NCBI GenBank assembly: GCA_964187785.1
Contig: OZ076409.1
Coordinates: 63,242,001-63,306,000, forward strand
Source: Amphiscolops sp. MND2022
Taxonomy: Eukaryota
Length of the DNA: 64,000 bases
Direction: 5' to 3'
Shown: one piece after another, positions 1 to 11,985 of the stretch
Layout: each line of letters opens with the position of its first letter
Position numbering within the stretch: position 1 is the stretch's first letter
The notes under the pieces: model-generated
What the model saw: only the letters and a program-made list of their open reading frames with translations
The model's database searches: none
What the model was told of the DNA's origin: nothing
Made by a program: the position numbers and the translations under genes

Positions 1-135
1 TAAAATTTTGAAGAATTTTTGGTAGAACTATTTTGGTCACTTCAGGTGTATGACAGAAGAGTTTGAAAAAAATAAAAAAAAACACTCACTGAAAGCCATG
101 ACTGTAGTCTACTTTTTCCTCTAGAGCAGCTGACA
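1..135 (-). mobile_element. Partial HINE-like (non-autonomous Helentron) repeat, truncated by the window edge
   Basis: Similar to 3630-3748 (ttttggtcacttca..gtgtat..aaagccatgact.tagtc). Confidence 0.6.
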
Positions 136-362
136 ATATCATACCAAAATGGAACAAACTATTCCTCGAAAATCAATGTAAAAATGGCGCCGGGGCCCAT
201 CAAAATTCCGATCAAACCTCGGAAAAAGTTTTGTTTTAGACCCTGACTCCGAAAACTGTCTGACTCCGAAAACCTTGAAATTCACATCAAAAACTTAAAT
301 TGCTGATTTTTTTTTCAATTCTAGACTCGAGAAATTAACAAAATCAAGTCTGATAGGCTTAC

Positions 363-498
363 CAAGGAACAAGTGCAGTGCACAGACCATGAGAAAGACA
401 ACTAAGACCAAAGAAAGTAGCATAAGTTTGGAGCAGCTTTGAGATCCATCATCCACCATTCTCGACCATTTTCTACCGGAAAGCGTCCTTATTGCTTC
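363..498 (-). CDS. Probable host coding exon with a hydrophobic membrane anchor/signal (EAIRTLSGRKWSRMVDDGSQSCSKLMLLSLVLVVFLMVCALHLFL); gene would continue left of the window
   Basis: CAG acceptor (499-501), GTAAGC donor (357-362), 136 nt open from phase 0, ~20-aa hydrophobic run. Confidence 0.5.
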
Positions 499-2681
499 CT
501 GGGTAATTAAGGTCTCATTTACGGGATTTTGAGCATAATTTTTCTTAAAAAGTTTCGATATTTACTACTGACGTCAGACTTAGTAATCAAATATAATCAA
601 CTATTATAGGTTTTACTGGAACGGTGTGCTGATCAGCCGTGAAAATAAGTAAAACAATAATGCAGAGCTTTGCTAGTCTACTTAACTCATTCTTTCACAA
701 GGCACGGTCTCGTTGTTGCCTCTTGGAGAAAATTACGCCTTTTTTCGGGGGTTGTCTTATATCAGAGCGAGCCGTAAGAAATTAAGGTCTCCTTCGTTAG
801 GAGTATGTCTTAATATTAGAGAATTGAGGCAAGATTAGCAATTCAATAATCAAATCCTAAATTCCAAATCAATGCACTTACCCAGCTGAAATTTCAGACG
901 CATTTTGCAAGAAAATAGCAGATATTTGACAATATTCTTCCAGGTGACCCTCAAAATCTTTGTGATTTTCATCTAATCTCATGTTGGTAATTTCAGATGA
1001 TTTTAAAAGATCTCGATAATTTTTGACTGGTCTAGCTAGATCTTGGCATTAAAATCTCTGATAACATTGAAATCTCTGATATTTCAACAGTAAAAAAACT
1101 GAATTTTGGAGGTGGCAAATATCTCTATGTCTAATAATCAGAGCTTGAGGAACGGAAACGATTACGAAGCTTTCCAATATCATTGTAAATTTTAAATGTT
1201 TTCTTTTAATACAGTTTTCTTTTTGATTTCATTGCTTTTTGTAAAAGTATGATGGGTTACCGATCGGTAATACAACCCTGTAAAATTGAGCGGTGTTTAC
1301 TCAAAATTGTTAGTGTACGCTAAAGTGTCAGTTGATACGCAGCGCTGAGCGAAACAGGATAACCTAAACATTCAGTAGACTAAAAACTATTTAAAAATTA
1401 GATCAATCTGCAAAACTTCTAAATGAATTCGAATTTTTCATTCGCAGTCGTAATCGAACCCATAGTATCTTGTCAAGGAATATGATGGATGGAACAAAGG
1501 GTCGGGTCTCCTAATCAACGAGACTTGACAAATCAATGAGCTTTAAAGTTGAACTGTTTAGCGTTGAATTCATGAGTAATATTTCGACAATGGCTTTGCT
1601 TCTGAATTAACTTTATTTCAAAATTACAATCATGGATGTCTGTCCGTAAAATATTTATCTATCGGTTAAAAATATTTTACCATCGCTGTCCATTCAAAAT
1701 GTTGTTTCTCATTCTCGAATTCGTCCCTTTGACTAATTTTATGCCTGCATCCTCTGAATGAAATTGAAATGATTCAATTTTCTTCGATTTCAACCTTTGC
1801 TCATGATGAAAAAAGCTCGTTTTACAAAATACAACCATGACTTCATTTGTTGACTAAACGGTGACGGCGTGTATAATGTCCAATGTCCTTATAGTAAAAG
1901 AATGCGGTCAAATTGAAACCCATAGATTGAGTTAGCAATTTAATTTAGACTCTAATCTTTTATCTGAAACTTGCCCCTGAATTCGGGCATCACCACATTC
2001 CAATTACAACATTATTGTTTTTGCGTTGATGGGTTTAGTTCGATTTCTGCTGAATAGTCCAGTCCCTTCACTTGTATTGATATTCACATGGAAATACTTC
2101 TTTCCATAATCGTACCCACACATTTAGTTCGAACCAATTTGGGAAAAGTTCGTGCTAAGTGTCCCGAGAGACTTTTTGCTGAACTTTTTGTCTCGGTGTA
2201 TCTCGACTAGCTAGTTCATCAAATTGAGATGAATGCGTGTTTCTCATTCACCTAATGCCTCTCTATAGAATTGCCATGACAAGATACACTTTCACAAATG
2301 GGTCTTTTGAAAGAATTTAGGAATTAATTTTAGTTTGAACCTTTTTTTGGCCGTGTTTGAGTATCTTTTGACAGTTGATCGTAGGAACCGCCAACTAAGA
2401 ACTTGTGTAAGCCGTTCAATCAACTTGAACATTTATTCAACGACAACGAACCCCTCCTGTTCATATGTATGGTGTCCGTAGTCGAGTTCAGAGAAAAGAT
2501 TTACCGTGGAGCACGATTTTAAAATCTAATTACCTGACATTTTGTGGTGAAAAACCACTTTTTTGTTCGAATCACTATTACTTACGCACCGGGTATTCTA
2601 AAATTTGGGTAGCAAATTTGAAAATTTGATATTGGTGATTGAATTGCGTGCTTCAGTAATTGTATTTGACAATGATATCTC

Positions 2682-3112
2682 GGACCATGTGTTCAATTCA
2701 TTCCCCCAACACGAAAGCACATTTCGTTCTTGAATAAAAATATTTCACTAATTAGAGAATATTATAGGAATGTAAATACTTAGAGGATTGTCTCTACAAC
2801 TGGTTTGATACTTCAGGCAAAAATAACCCTAATTTTTTGATATTATTGTCCAAAATAGCAAAAATCCACGCTTGGAACAAGAAAAAATAGTATAAGATGG
2901 CCCCTACTTTAAGGCAAATTTTTTCCGTGATAAAATCTAATCAGCAATTTTCAACTGACAGTCATTGTCATGGATAGGACTATGGCGACATCAATCATTT
3001 TATTGGACCACAATTTCAACGCAAACGATGTCGACACAATGGTATTTGAACCTTATGTCTTACTTCCCCCCTGTCGCCGCTTGGGGGGGGGGGTTAATTG
3101 AACACATGGACC
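2682..3112. mobile_element. MITE with GG...CC termini and 8-bp TSD (Merlin-like)
   Basis: TIRs GGACCATGTGTTCAATT / AATTGAACACATGGACC; exact TSD GATATCTC at 2674-2681 and 3113-3120. Confidence 0.85.
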
Positions 3113-3211
3113 GATATCTCTTGTATAATGAAGAATGAACAGGCAACAGCTCAAGTCAGCGCACCGCTCAAAGCTTGAAGTATGTAGTGTGAAACTTTGA
3201 ATTTCAATTAC

Positions 3212-3748
3212 AAACAAGGCTGGACCGGCACCAAGTCGGCACCATATCTAAGGCTCAGAAATAGCAAAAGGACTTCAAAGTGTCAAAGTATTCTCTTCTG
3301 CAGCACCTGAAAAACCCAAATTTTGGACTGAATTGGCGTGCCAGGGGGACGCTTTGATATTTTTCATCCATTCTGTCGCACATCGTCAAAAAAATCGAAG
3401 AGGGACCCAAGGTGAAAACAAAATGAAAAAGGTCTCAAAATGCCAAAAAAATCTGAAAGGGGGACCCTTTGGGATTTTTCAACATCTAAACACAATTAAA
3501 AGGACCTTTTGAGAAATTTTTTTTCGAAAAAAAGTCTGACAATGCCTTTAGTCTCGCCCTGTATTGTATTATGTTACGCGGAAAAGAAGAAAAACCTTTT
3601 TGGTTCAGTGTCCTGAGCCAACAGCTACAATTTAAAGTTTTTGAAGAACTTTTGGTAAAACTTTTGGTCACTTCAAGTGTATCGAAAAGAACACAGATGA
3701 AAAGCCATGACTATAGTCGACTCTTTTCTTAAGAAAAGAGACGACTAG
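3212..3748 (-). mobile_element. HINE-like dispersed repeat, full-length copy
   Basis: One end has a 14-bp-stem hairpin (AGTCGACTCTTTTC..GAAAAGAGACGACT), the other end AAACAAG..AAGTCGGCACC; internal AAAGGGGGACCC motifs shared with other copies. Confidence 0.7.
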
Positions 3749-3758
3749 AATTTCGAAA

Positions 3759-4103
3759 TTAGTCAGAACTTTGGCATAAGAAACTGAAATATAAAAGTTC
3801 CTTTTTTTCCGCGTAACATACAATAAATATGGTGCGAGACGAAAGGGTTCCCCCTCTCAGTTATTTTCGGCATTATGAAACTTTTTTCGAGAAACAAATT
3901 TCCCCAAATGGTCCCTTCAATTCTTTTGATGTTTTGCGACAGGAATGTTGAAAAACCCCAAAAAAAGTTCTCCCTTTTAGCGCGCCAGTTCGGTCCAATT
4001 TTGGGGGTTTTTCGCGTACTGTAAAATATCTTCACACTTTGAAGTACTTTTACTTTGTCTAAGCATTAGATTAGGCGCCGACTTATACCGTTCCCGGCTT
4101 GTT
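3759..4103 (+). mobile_element. HINE-like dispersed repeat, opposite orientation to the adjacent copy
   Basis: 3' end GGCGCCGACTT-ATA-CCGTTCCCGG-CTTGTT (subTIR, stem-loop, T-rich end); homologous to 25630-26189. Confidence 0.7.
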
Positions 4104-4189
4104 CAAAAATGAAAGTGCACCCCAAAGGCGGTGAAACGCCTAAAGCAGCAACAACATAACATTTTTTCCAATATTCAAGTCATTTTATT

Positions 4190-4759
4190 GGGAAGCAGAA
4201 AGTTTGTCGCCAAGAATTTTGTCGTAGAGATTAGGATTTACAGCGTTCACTCAAAGATACCATTTTAATTCAATTCATCATTTTTTAATTACTAAAATGG
4301 GATCCTAGTTTCATTTTGACTCTAAAATTGAGTCAAAAAGTGATTCTCATTCAATCAACTCATCAAGACGCTTATTGTGCAACGTGATATTTTCAACTTT
4401 GAATTATTTTACCAACCAACTTTCAAATAATGTGAAAACATTGCACAAAAGGTTCGAATATGCGTAGGAGCAATGTGGTGAAAAATCTGTAATATTGGAA
4501 AGTTTTCCACAAAAAATTTTTAAAAAATTCACAACTTTTTCTCTGAAAACCATAATCAAAAGTAGTCAATGATCAACAATTAACGATAAGTATTAAAATG
4601 AGTAAATTCAATCATAATAGTTATTTCCTGATATATTAGGTAAAATACGACGTCAACCGTAATAGAACGTAATTATCAACGACAATATTTCTTACCACGA
4701 AGTTTCCAACGATGAAATTTCTGATTTCGAAATGTCCTACAACGAAAATTCTGGTAATC
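4190..4759 (-). mobile_element. Degenerate foldback MITE, same family as 28081-28799
   Basis: Reverse complement begins GATTACCAGAATTTTCG as at 28081; decayed 15-bp GAAATTTCGTCG repeats; TSD ATTTTATT/TTTTTATT (7/8). Confidence 0.65.
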
Positions 4760-5442
4760 TTTTTATTATCCCTTTTTGTAGGCAATAACATCTAAAAAGT
4801 ACCAAAAATATTCGAATGTTCCTCACTTCAATTTTTGACAATCGCATTTGACTTACAAAGCTCTATTTGTGTTTTTTTTGCAGAATTTTCGGGTTTTTTG
4901 AAAACATTTTTTCCTTAAAAAGATTCTCGCTTCGGTTATCTTGATGTTTTGTGATAGACAAAAGCTTTTTTCAATCCAGAGAGTCCTCTTTTTGATTTCT
5001 TTTAGTACTGTGATTTTTGAGAATTTTCCAAAACGGTTCTTGAACATTGGAAGTTATTTGCGCTTCTTGTGTCTCGCTCAATGGATCATTCTGTTGTTTT
5101 CTTTCAGTTGAAACTGGAAGGTGTACGATTTTTCCAGTAAGGAGTCTTGTAGGAGACAAAAAAACGCGTAGTGGCACCGCGTATCGAGTTGCACAAAAAC
5201 TTCAAATTCCGGGAAATTTTCTCTAATTTCATCTTCAATCAGGTATCAAATTTTCAAAGACATTTGAAGACCACTGTCTATGAAACATTTTAATTTTTTT
5301 TCAAGGCGGCTTTTGTGTTTAGCTTACATTGTGTTTTGGAGAAAAATTCAATCATTGTGGGTGTCATAAGGTCTAAAATAATTGAGAATTTGAAATGCTA
5401 GAAATGTCTAGCTGCAAAAGTTTTTGACGGTTTTAAGATATA

Positions 5443-6028
5443 ATACTCCCATTAAAGACTTGCCAATTGCAAGCCAAAAATTTGGTGTCCGGAAATTACG
5501 CCCAAGGAAATTGCGCCCATAGAAATTACGCCCAAACGGAAATTACACCCAAACGGAAGTTATGCCCAAGGAAATTACGATAATGTAATCAGCTATGCTC
5601 ACATACCCTTAGTGCCCTAAATGCAGGAGCGAAGCGAAGCGGAGCGACGTGCCATATGGCCATGCCTCAATGTTGCTACCTGACGAAGGGAGCGAAGCGA
5701 CCGAGCCATACAACAAATATGCTAACCTCTTAAAAAATAACCTGAAAATAATCGCTGCTATTCGCTTTGAATACCTCAATTTCATTGGGCGTAATTTCTG
5801 TTAGCGCGTAATTTCCTTGGGCGTAATTTCCTTGGGCGAAATTTCCTTGGGCGTACTTTCCTAGAACCAAAAATTTGATTATGAGAACTGTTTCTTCTGT
5901 AAAGAGAGTGAAAATTAATTATCAGTTAATATATCAACTGATGATTAATTTTCACTCTGATAACAGAACGAAGCAGTTCTCCTAATCAAATTTTCGACTT
6001 ACAATTGGCAAGTCTTCAATGAGCGTGT
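5443..6028. mobile_element. Fully palindromic hairpin element (~190 bp) interrupted by the 5484-5868 MITE
   Basis: Removing the insert and one TSD restores ~90-bp inverted arms (CATTAAAGACTTGCCAATTG... / ...CAATTGGCAAGTCTTCAATG) centred near 5932. Confidence 0.75.
5484..5868 (+). mobile_element. Foldback-type MITE with GGAAATTACGCCCAA subterminal arrays and 8-bp TSD
   Basis: Ends GGTGTCC...TAGAACC; TSD AAAAATTT at 5476-5483 and 5869-5876; sister copy at 60803-61152. Confidence 0.9.
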
Positions 6029-6501
6029 TTGTTAATCCTTTCTTTTAAAAAATTCTGGAACTGTAGTATTTCAACCATTCGGAAGAAACGTGCTCAGTGC
6101 AATGGAAATCCTGAATATTGAACAAGTTTTGAAAAACCGTTTTTCATAACTTGATACGATAGTTTTATGTTGGATTTTTTAGTTGATACTAGTTTACACA
6201 TTCATCTGATATGCTGCTCTTTCTAAAAATGTCCCAGAGGAACATAGTTCCATGTATTTCTTTAACACAGCAGAATTTTGTAAAGAAACAGCATTAACAA
6301 AATTGAATTTGGATCACCAAAGCTTTAAAGGACAGTTGCTTTGCTGTCAAAAGTTGCCGAAATGTCATAGCTCTTGGGATATGTCTGTCTGAATTTGATT
6401 GGTCAATTTTGAGTAATTTGAAATTTATCATGGGCGCAAAATGGACGCGCTCCAAATTGAAACCATTAAAAGTTTTCCCTGGGGCCGGTAAATCCACTCA
6501 C

Positions 6502-6515
6502 CATTAATGGTTTAG
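6502..6515 (-). CDS. Candidate ATG-bearing mini-exon for the gene containing exon 363-498
   Basis: ttatcag|CTAAACCATTAATG|GTGAGT; phase 0 matches the phase-0 acceptor at 498; a further CAG|GTAAAT donor lies at 6899. Confidence 0.3.
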
Positions 6516-7962
6516 CTGATAATACCGATAATAAAAACAAGAACCAATGCATTTTTTCTGTCAAACCAGTTGACATATGATAAAGTGAAAAACTGTAGAA
6601 AACTGTGATTCTTGGGGGACAAGGAATTTCCATAAAAATGTGATTTTCAGCAGCTATCCGTTCAACTTAAAGCTCTTACCGCCCCGTAATATACTTCAAA
6701 GATAAACAGCTGAACAAAAAGTGGTAAGGCAAAAAGTCGCTTCTTTTCAACATCAGAGAAACTAATTTTCTTTTTTCTCTTCTTATCAACCTTCGTTTCA
6801 TTTTCTAATTCAAATAAAACGACCACGACGCTTTCTTTTTCCTCTCTATTTTTCTCCTTTACCGACTAAAGCACTAAAAACCGGCTCCTAATATTTACCT
6901 GAGTCGGGGTCTTTGTTGATAGGTTACACTTGAGCAAATTTGGTGCTAAATCCGTCACAAGATTATCCTCTCTTACTTTTGTCTTGTTGTTTTATACGTG
7001 GAAGAATACGGTTATACGTGGAAAATAATGGAGAGATTAGAGGTTATGTTACGTTCTTGTGTCCGTTTAACAGTTTTTACCTGTTCTAGTTTAGACGCGC
7101 GCCTTCCCCCCTACCTTTTGGTGGTATATCGATTTGATAACAGTTGAAAGAGGCAATAAAACGCGAGCTTTACTTTTTTGTTTTGTTACCAGCGTCTACA
7201 GAAACCAGTAGTCATAAAAGTATGTACTCAAATCCATTTTTGTTCTTCACTTTGTTTTATTCTGTTCATTCATTGCTCACACACACAAATGAAATATTTT
7301 ATGAGGGCTGCAGCTAAACGTTTATCCTAATATGGTAATACATCGCATCATCTTTCAGGCTCCAAAACCATTCAGAAGCGCCTCAATAAAAGTCGTCTTC
7401 TACAATGCACTCTCACTTCTAAAAATATACGTTCCTACTTTGATCCTTCATAAAAAACATAAAAAACCGTTTTCATGATTTCAACGTTTTCAGATGTATA
7501 ATGGTGACAAAAAATGTTCAAGTTAACGAAAAGATTTTGACAGGTTTTGACTCTTTTTATTTATAAGATAATAGTTTTGAAAATAAGCTACTACAAGTTA
7601 ACTTTTTCGAATCGTAATTGTTTTTGTTTTCAGATGATCTCAGTGTTAATTTACTTTATTATGTATATTTGTTGTGAATTTGATCTTTTCAACCAATTTT
7701 CATAATCATCCAAAAACGAACGGCATGGCATTAGAAAATCTGTTTCCGAGTACAACTAAATGATGTATATGAATTTATACACTTTTAAACATTCTTAAAA
7801 ACTAGTTTTTTGTGGGAAAATGCACAAGTACAATATATTCATTCCTAGACCTGCACCTATCTATAGTCTCTGTCATCTAAAGAAAACATCGTCAGTCCGT
7901 ACCAAAAACTTAATTTAGAAGTGTTTTATTTTCTTAATGTACTTTATAAACACCTTCACTAA

Positions 7963-8464
7963 CCCTAAATGGACCAGGAAAATTCCGGATTCATGCAAAA
8001 ATCTGGTGCCTAAACTTTAAACCGCAATATCTCCTAAACTATTCAAGTGCGACAAAAGAAAACAACCAGTTCTATTAATTTGATTTTTGAACTGCTGGGC
8101 TGGCTTCGCCGCACTGGCTCTAGACTTTGCGCCAAAACTTTGCATGCCTCGTGTTTCTGACTTCATTTCAGCATGTTTCAAAACATGCTATGGCCACATT
8201 GACCTTATTTTGAAACCAGTGCGATGAAGCGGTCATAAACGAAAACTGAAAAAACGGAAAATCTGCGCAGATTTTTTGATTTTTTGGTCCTGTTTTCTTG
8301 ATTTCTGAGACATCATGTCAATATTCCGTGAAAAAGCGTGCAATGCTATGTAACATCGTCTGAAATTCTTATTCAAGACTTTTCTTTACCATACTGTCAG
8401 CTGGTTCGTTCAGAAGTTTGCAGAACCTATCTGGGACGAATACGTCCCAATGGTCCATTTAGGG
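7963..8464 (+). mobile_element. piggyBac-type MITE
   Basis: Perfect 14-bp TIR CCCTAAATGGACCA / TGGTCCATTTAGGG; flanks CTAA / TTAA; inverted sister copy at 44721-45229. Confidence 0.85.
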
Positions 8465-8820
8465 TTAATAGTTCGCATTCAGCAAAACCAACTGTATACA
8501 AAATTAAAAAAAAAACATTTTCGAGAAAACATAAAGTGGATGATGTGTTATTTGAAAATTACTGATACTTCAAAACACTATATTTCGTGATAGTCGTCGT
8601 TTTTCAAAAACAATGAGTAAAATTCTCTTTTAGTTTGCAGGGTCCTTGTCACTTGGATCGGAAAAAATAGTGTTTATGTAAAACATCCCTAGTGTGACAT
8701 TCATAGCACAATCACACCTATCGTACCATGACCGTAGTACGATTGTATCAACTATAGAACTCAGGCAACTGCATGGATCGACGCTCCGCTCAAGGCTCAA
8801 AAAGAACAAAGGTACTTCAA

Positions 8821-9314
8821 AGCGACAGCTCATATCAGGCGACAACTCATATCCAATTGAAAAATCGACAAATCATATGAAGCGATAACTCATATCAATC
8901 AAAACTCATATCAAAAAATTAAAATCTATTAGGAAAATTTATCTCAATTCAATAGATTATTAGAGAAAATTAACTGATTAATAAGTAAATATTCAATTAT
9001 AACAAGTAGTATAAAGGTAATTATCAGTGTAATGAATACCTTTTCATCCATAAGCGTTGCAGAGAAAATGATTGTTAGTGGACTCCATAAAATGCGAAAT
9101 AATTCCAAATAAATGTTGGAATTTCTAATTGCAGGTAATTATAAATTGCTCTTGAGGTTGAATTTAAGTACTTGTAACTTATTGGCAAACCTGATGAGTT
9201 GTCCCTTTCTCCTAATTGATGAGTTATCGTTTGATATGAATTGTCGCTTTTTCAAACTGATAAGTGTTGCCGACTGATATGAAAGGCCGCTTGGTATGAG
9301 TTGTCGCTGTGCCC
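8821..9314. mobile_element. Foldback MITE with GCGACAACTCATATCA subterminal repeats
   Basis: Direct repeats at 8821-8915 and their reverse complements (TGATATGAGTTGTCGC-like) at 9190-9310 around an AT-rich spacer; left end abuts a HINE fragment. Confidence 0.7.
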
Positions 9315-10039
9315 TTAAAACGTCAAGGATTAAATACTCAAAAGGCGACTTTTTTGTTTTTTTTTCTGCCCAGAAATATCAATTACTTCGGACATAAGGT
9401 CAAATGAAGTCAGAAATAGTGTTCTTTTTATTCGATTTTGTAAGGAAACGAAACATCAAAACAGATAAGATCGAACCTTCTCCTCCTCCTGGACTAAAAC
9501 GCAAATTAATTTGGATATAACGTTGAAAAAATAGGGCATAGCGTGCTTTGTTTGACTTTGGAAGGAAACTGATCATCGAAACGGATAAGATTGATCCTCT
9601 GCCTCCTCCCAGATCGAATATATTTGATCGAAAATAGCTCAGATTCGTCTTTGAAATTGATCCTTCACGAGAAACTAAATCAGTTTGTAGAAAAAGATAA
9701 CTATACTTGTTGGCTGTTTCAAGTTAACAAACAGGTCGATTGTACTGAAGTTTAAACGCGGGTGCGCATAATTCCGATCTCAATTGTTTCAGAACTTGGC
9801 AACGAATTAATTTTAAACTTGACAAAATAGTTTAAACTAAATTCAACCTGTTTCGATTAATTTATGACAATTAGGCGACCTCATTGCTATCATGGAGGGA
9901 TCAAATGCACTTTTGCTGATTCAGTTCATTTTTTAAGTTTTTGAGGGCTTGAATTTTTACGCTTTTGGTCTCGTTTGACTTCAATTTCTTGCTTTCGTTT
10001 TCGGCTGTTTTATGCGTGGAAAAACACGGTTAAATATTT

Positions 10040-10751
10040 TGTAACGTCAAGCTAACAGCTACATTCCAGAACCGGGACAATGCCCAGGTTGCCTTAACAA
10101 GAGACCAGTGTCTTACAACAACCTAAACATTAGTTTTTGGTCCCAAATGGTCTCTGTAGGGACTTTTCCAAGACGCCGAGGAGACTCCTCATATTAGAGC
10201 TCCGTGGCGACGTGCCGGCACACTCAAAGTCCGGACACGTCCCACAAGCACGTAAAAACGGTCCTAAAGGCTTCCTGCGATCCTACATACCTCCGAGGTC
10301 TGAAAACAGGGGTTTAGTCAGAGCACATCTCAATTAAGTGAATAACGTCTAAAATCAACACCTTCCAGGTTTACCATTAACAAACACCTGAAAATCTGCC
10401 AAAATACTACAAAATAGCACTGGGGAGGCATTCTGAACAGTTCTCAGCGAGTTTTGAGCTTTGGGTTCAACTCACGCAAAAATCGCACCTTCTTCTTCAT
10501 CTCTTTTCCGGCTCATTCTTGCGATTTTCCGGTTTTGATGGCACAACACTGGGGTATTGGCTAGTTTCTGCTTCTGAATATCTTCTTTCGCTGCTTTTCG
10601 GTCTTCTCTGTGGTCTGGGGGGTCTTTTTTTGCATTGTGTGTGCTTCCTTTTCGATTTCAACGACCTGCTAGGTCGGCCATTTTGATTCGCACACTTTTT
10701 GGGTATTCTTCGAATTTTTGAAATTTTTGACCTTGACTGGTGGACGTTACA
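10040..10751 (-). repeat. 3' LTR (712 bp)
   Basis: TGTAACGTC...GACGTTACA; matches 24718-25429 except T10415 vs C25093 by eye. Confidence 0.97.
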
Positions 10752-10759
10752 TCCTCCCC
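10752..10759 (-). promoter_or_regulatory. Polypurine tract (GGGGAGGA)
   Basis: Purine run on the minus strand directly abutting the 3' LTR. Confidence 0.8.
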
Positions 10760-11258
10760 GGGCCGTAGTTTGTCGTCCTCGGCAAACGAGAGAGAATGAT
10801 ACATACCCAGCGGGTCTTTTAGCAACATTATTTCAGTTTTTTTTTACTGCTCCAAATTTCTGCATCATTTTTACAGCACTTTTTTTGACATTAGCACTTT
10901 TTCATCTTTTGAATTTAGCACTTTTTCAACATTCTAGAGGATAAAAACATTTTCTCTAAAAGAAAACTCTTTCCACTCGTTTCAATCTAGTTAAAACTTC
11001 TTTTAAGGGTGGTAATGTACGCGGCATTCCAAGAATTGCAAGAAAGCATAGTTGCAGGAATTTCAATTGCAAATTTTTTTTTTGTTTTTGGGCAGGGAGG
11101 CACCAAGTTAGGACCCACCTACCAGGTAGGGTATTACAGAATGCACAAGAGCACTTGAATCGGGTGCGATGCCAAATAAATAGCTCCAATATAGAAACAC
11201 AACATGTAACACGCCAAAGAAAATCACCACGTGAGAGTCCATTCAGTCCATTGTGTTC

Positions 11259-11791
11259 TCATGTTTGTTTGGGATCCATTTCAGGCACTGTGCTCAACTT
11301 GAGTTCCAAGAGTTCACTCATCGTCCACTCAAGTGTATGAAGTGCAGAACAAGCATTTCTGAAGTCAACTATTTGGCTGGAACGGATACGTCTATTTAGA
11401 CGACCAATAAGTGATTGCCGCTGGAACCTGTTCCGTATGGGTTGCTTCGCACAAATCACAGGCTGAGTCAAATGTTCGGAGGCTGGTGGTTTGAAATTGA
11501 CCACATATTCGTCTCTTATCATGTACGGTCTCACCATTCCATAGTTGATAACAGCAGTTGGTCGACGGTGATCTAAGGACTATTATGTTGATTTCTTGTC
11601 GCTGTCAGTTGAATCCACAGTGCTCGGACCGCTCTCTCATCCAAGTGAAAGATTAATGCACTGTGTACAAACAAGAAATGATAGCATACTGCGTTGGTGT
11701 GTAGCACCTGGGGTATAATCTGAGGAAGTTGCGGGGATGTAACTGGGATTTATGATCTGATACCGTGCAGGTTCAGCGAAATAGGACACAA
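11259..11791 (-). pseudogene. Possible spliced accessory gene in the env position (exons 11764-11791, 11535-11660, 11259-11427), with one in-frame TAG
   Basis: GT-AG introns of 103 and 107 nt join the three segments in phase; TAG at 11573-11575; the last acceptor is weak. Confidence 0.3.
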
Positions 11792-11985
11792 CTGTAAAAC
11801 AAGCAGCAGTTGTAGATTAAAACCTTTTTTGAATTGGAGCGAGATACAATATGATCAGACACAGACGAGACAGATAGTAAAACAATCCGTATTAAGAACC
11901 AGTTCGCCAATTAGTTAAAACGACACATAAGCTTAAAAGAAGGCGAGTGGCCTTTCGAATGGCTATTTCTGAGTGCCACAGGCTT

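Noticed and set aside
882..885. 4-nt microexon (cag|CTGG|gtaagt, minus strand)
   Set aside because: Frame-shifting and likely to arise by chance.
1230..2320. Coding-like decayed sequence, possible Polinton polB relic (FPCEY fragment)
   Set aside because: One short motif and many stops; not supportable by eye.
5490..5860. Regular short repeats (also 28089-28227, 60810-60900) as a CRISPR array
   Set aside because: No unique spacers, inverted arms with TSDs, eukaryotic context, no cas genes.
10137..10337. 66-aa ORF duplicated at 24815-25015
   Set aside because: Lies within the LTRs; identity only reflects the LTR duplication.
11259..11985. env gene in the retrotransposon 3' region
   Set aside because: Too short; no signal peptide, furin site or TM segment.
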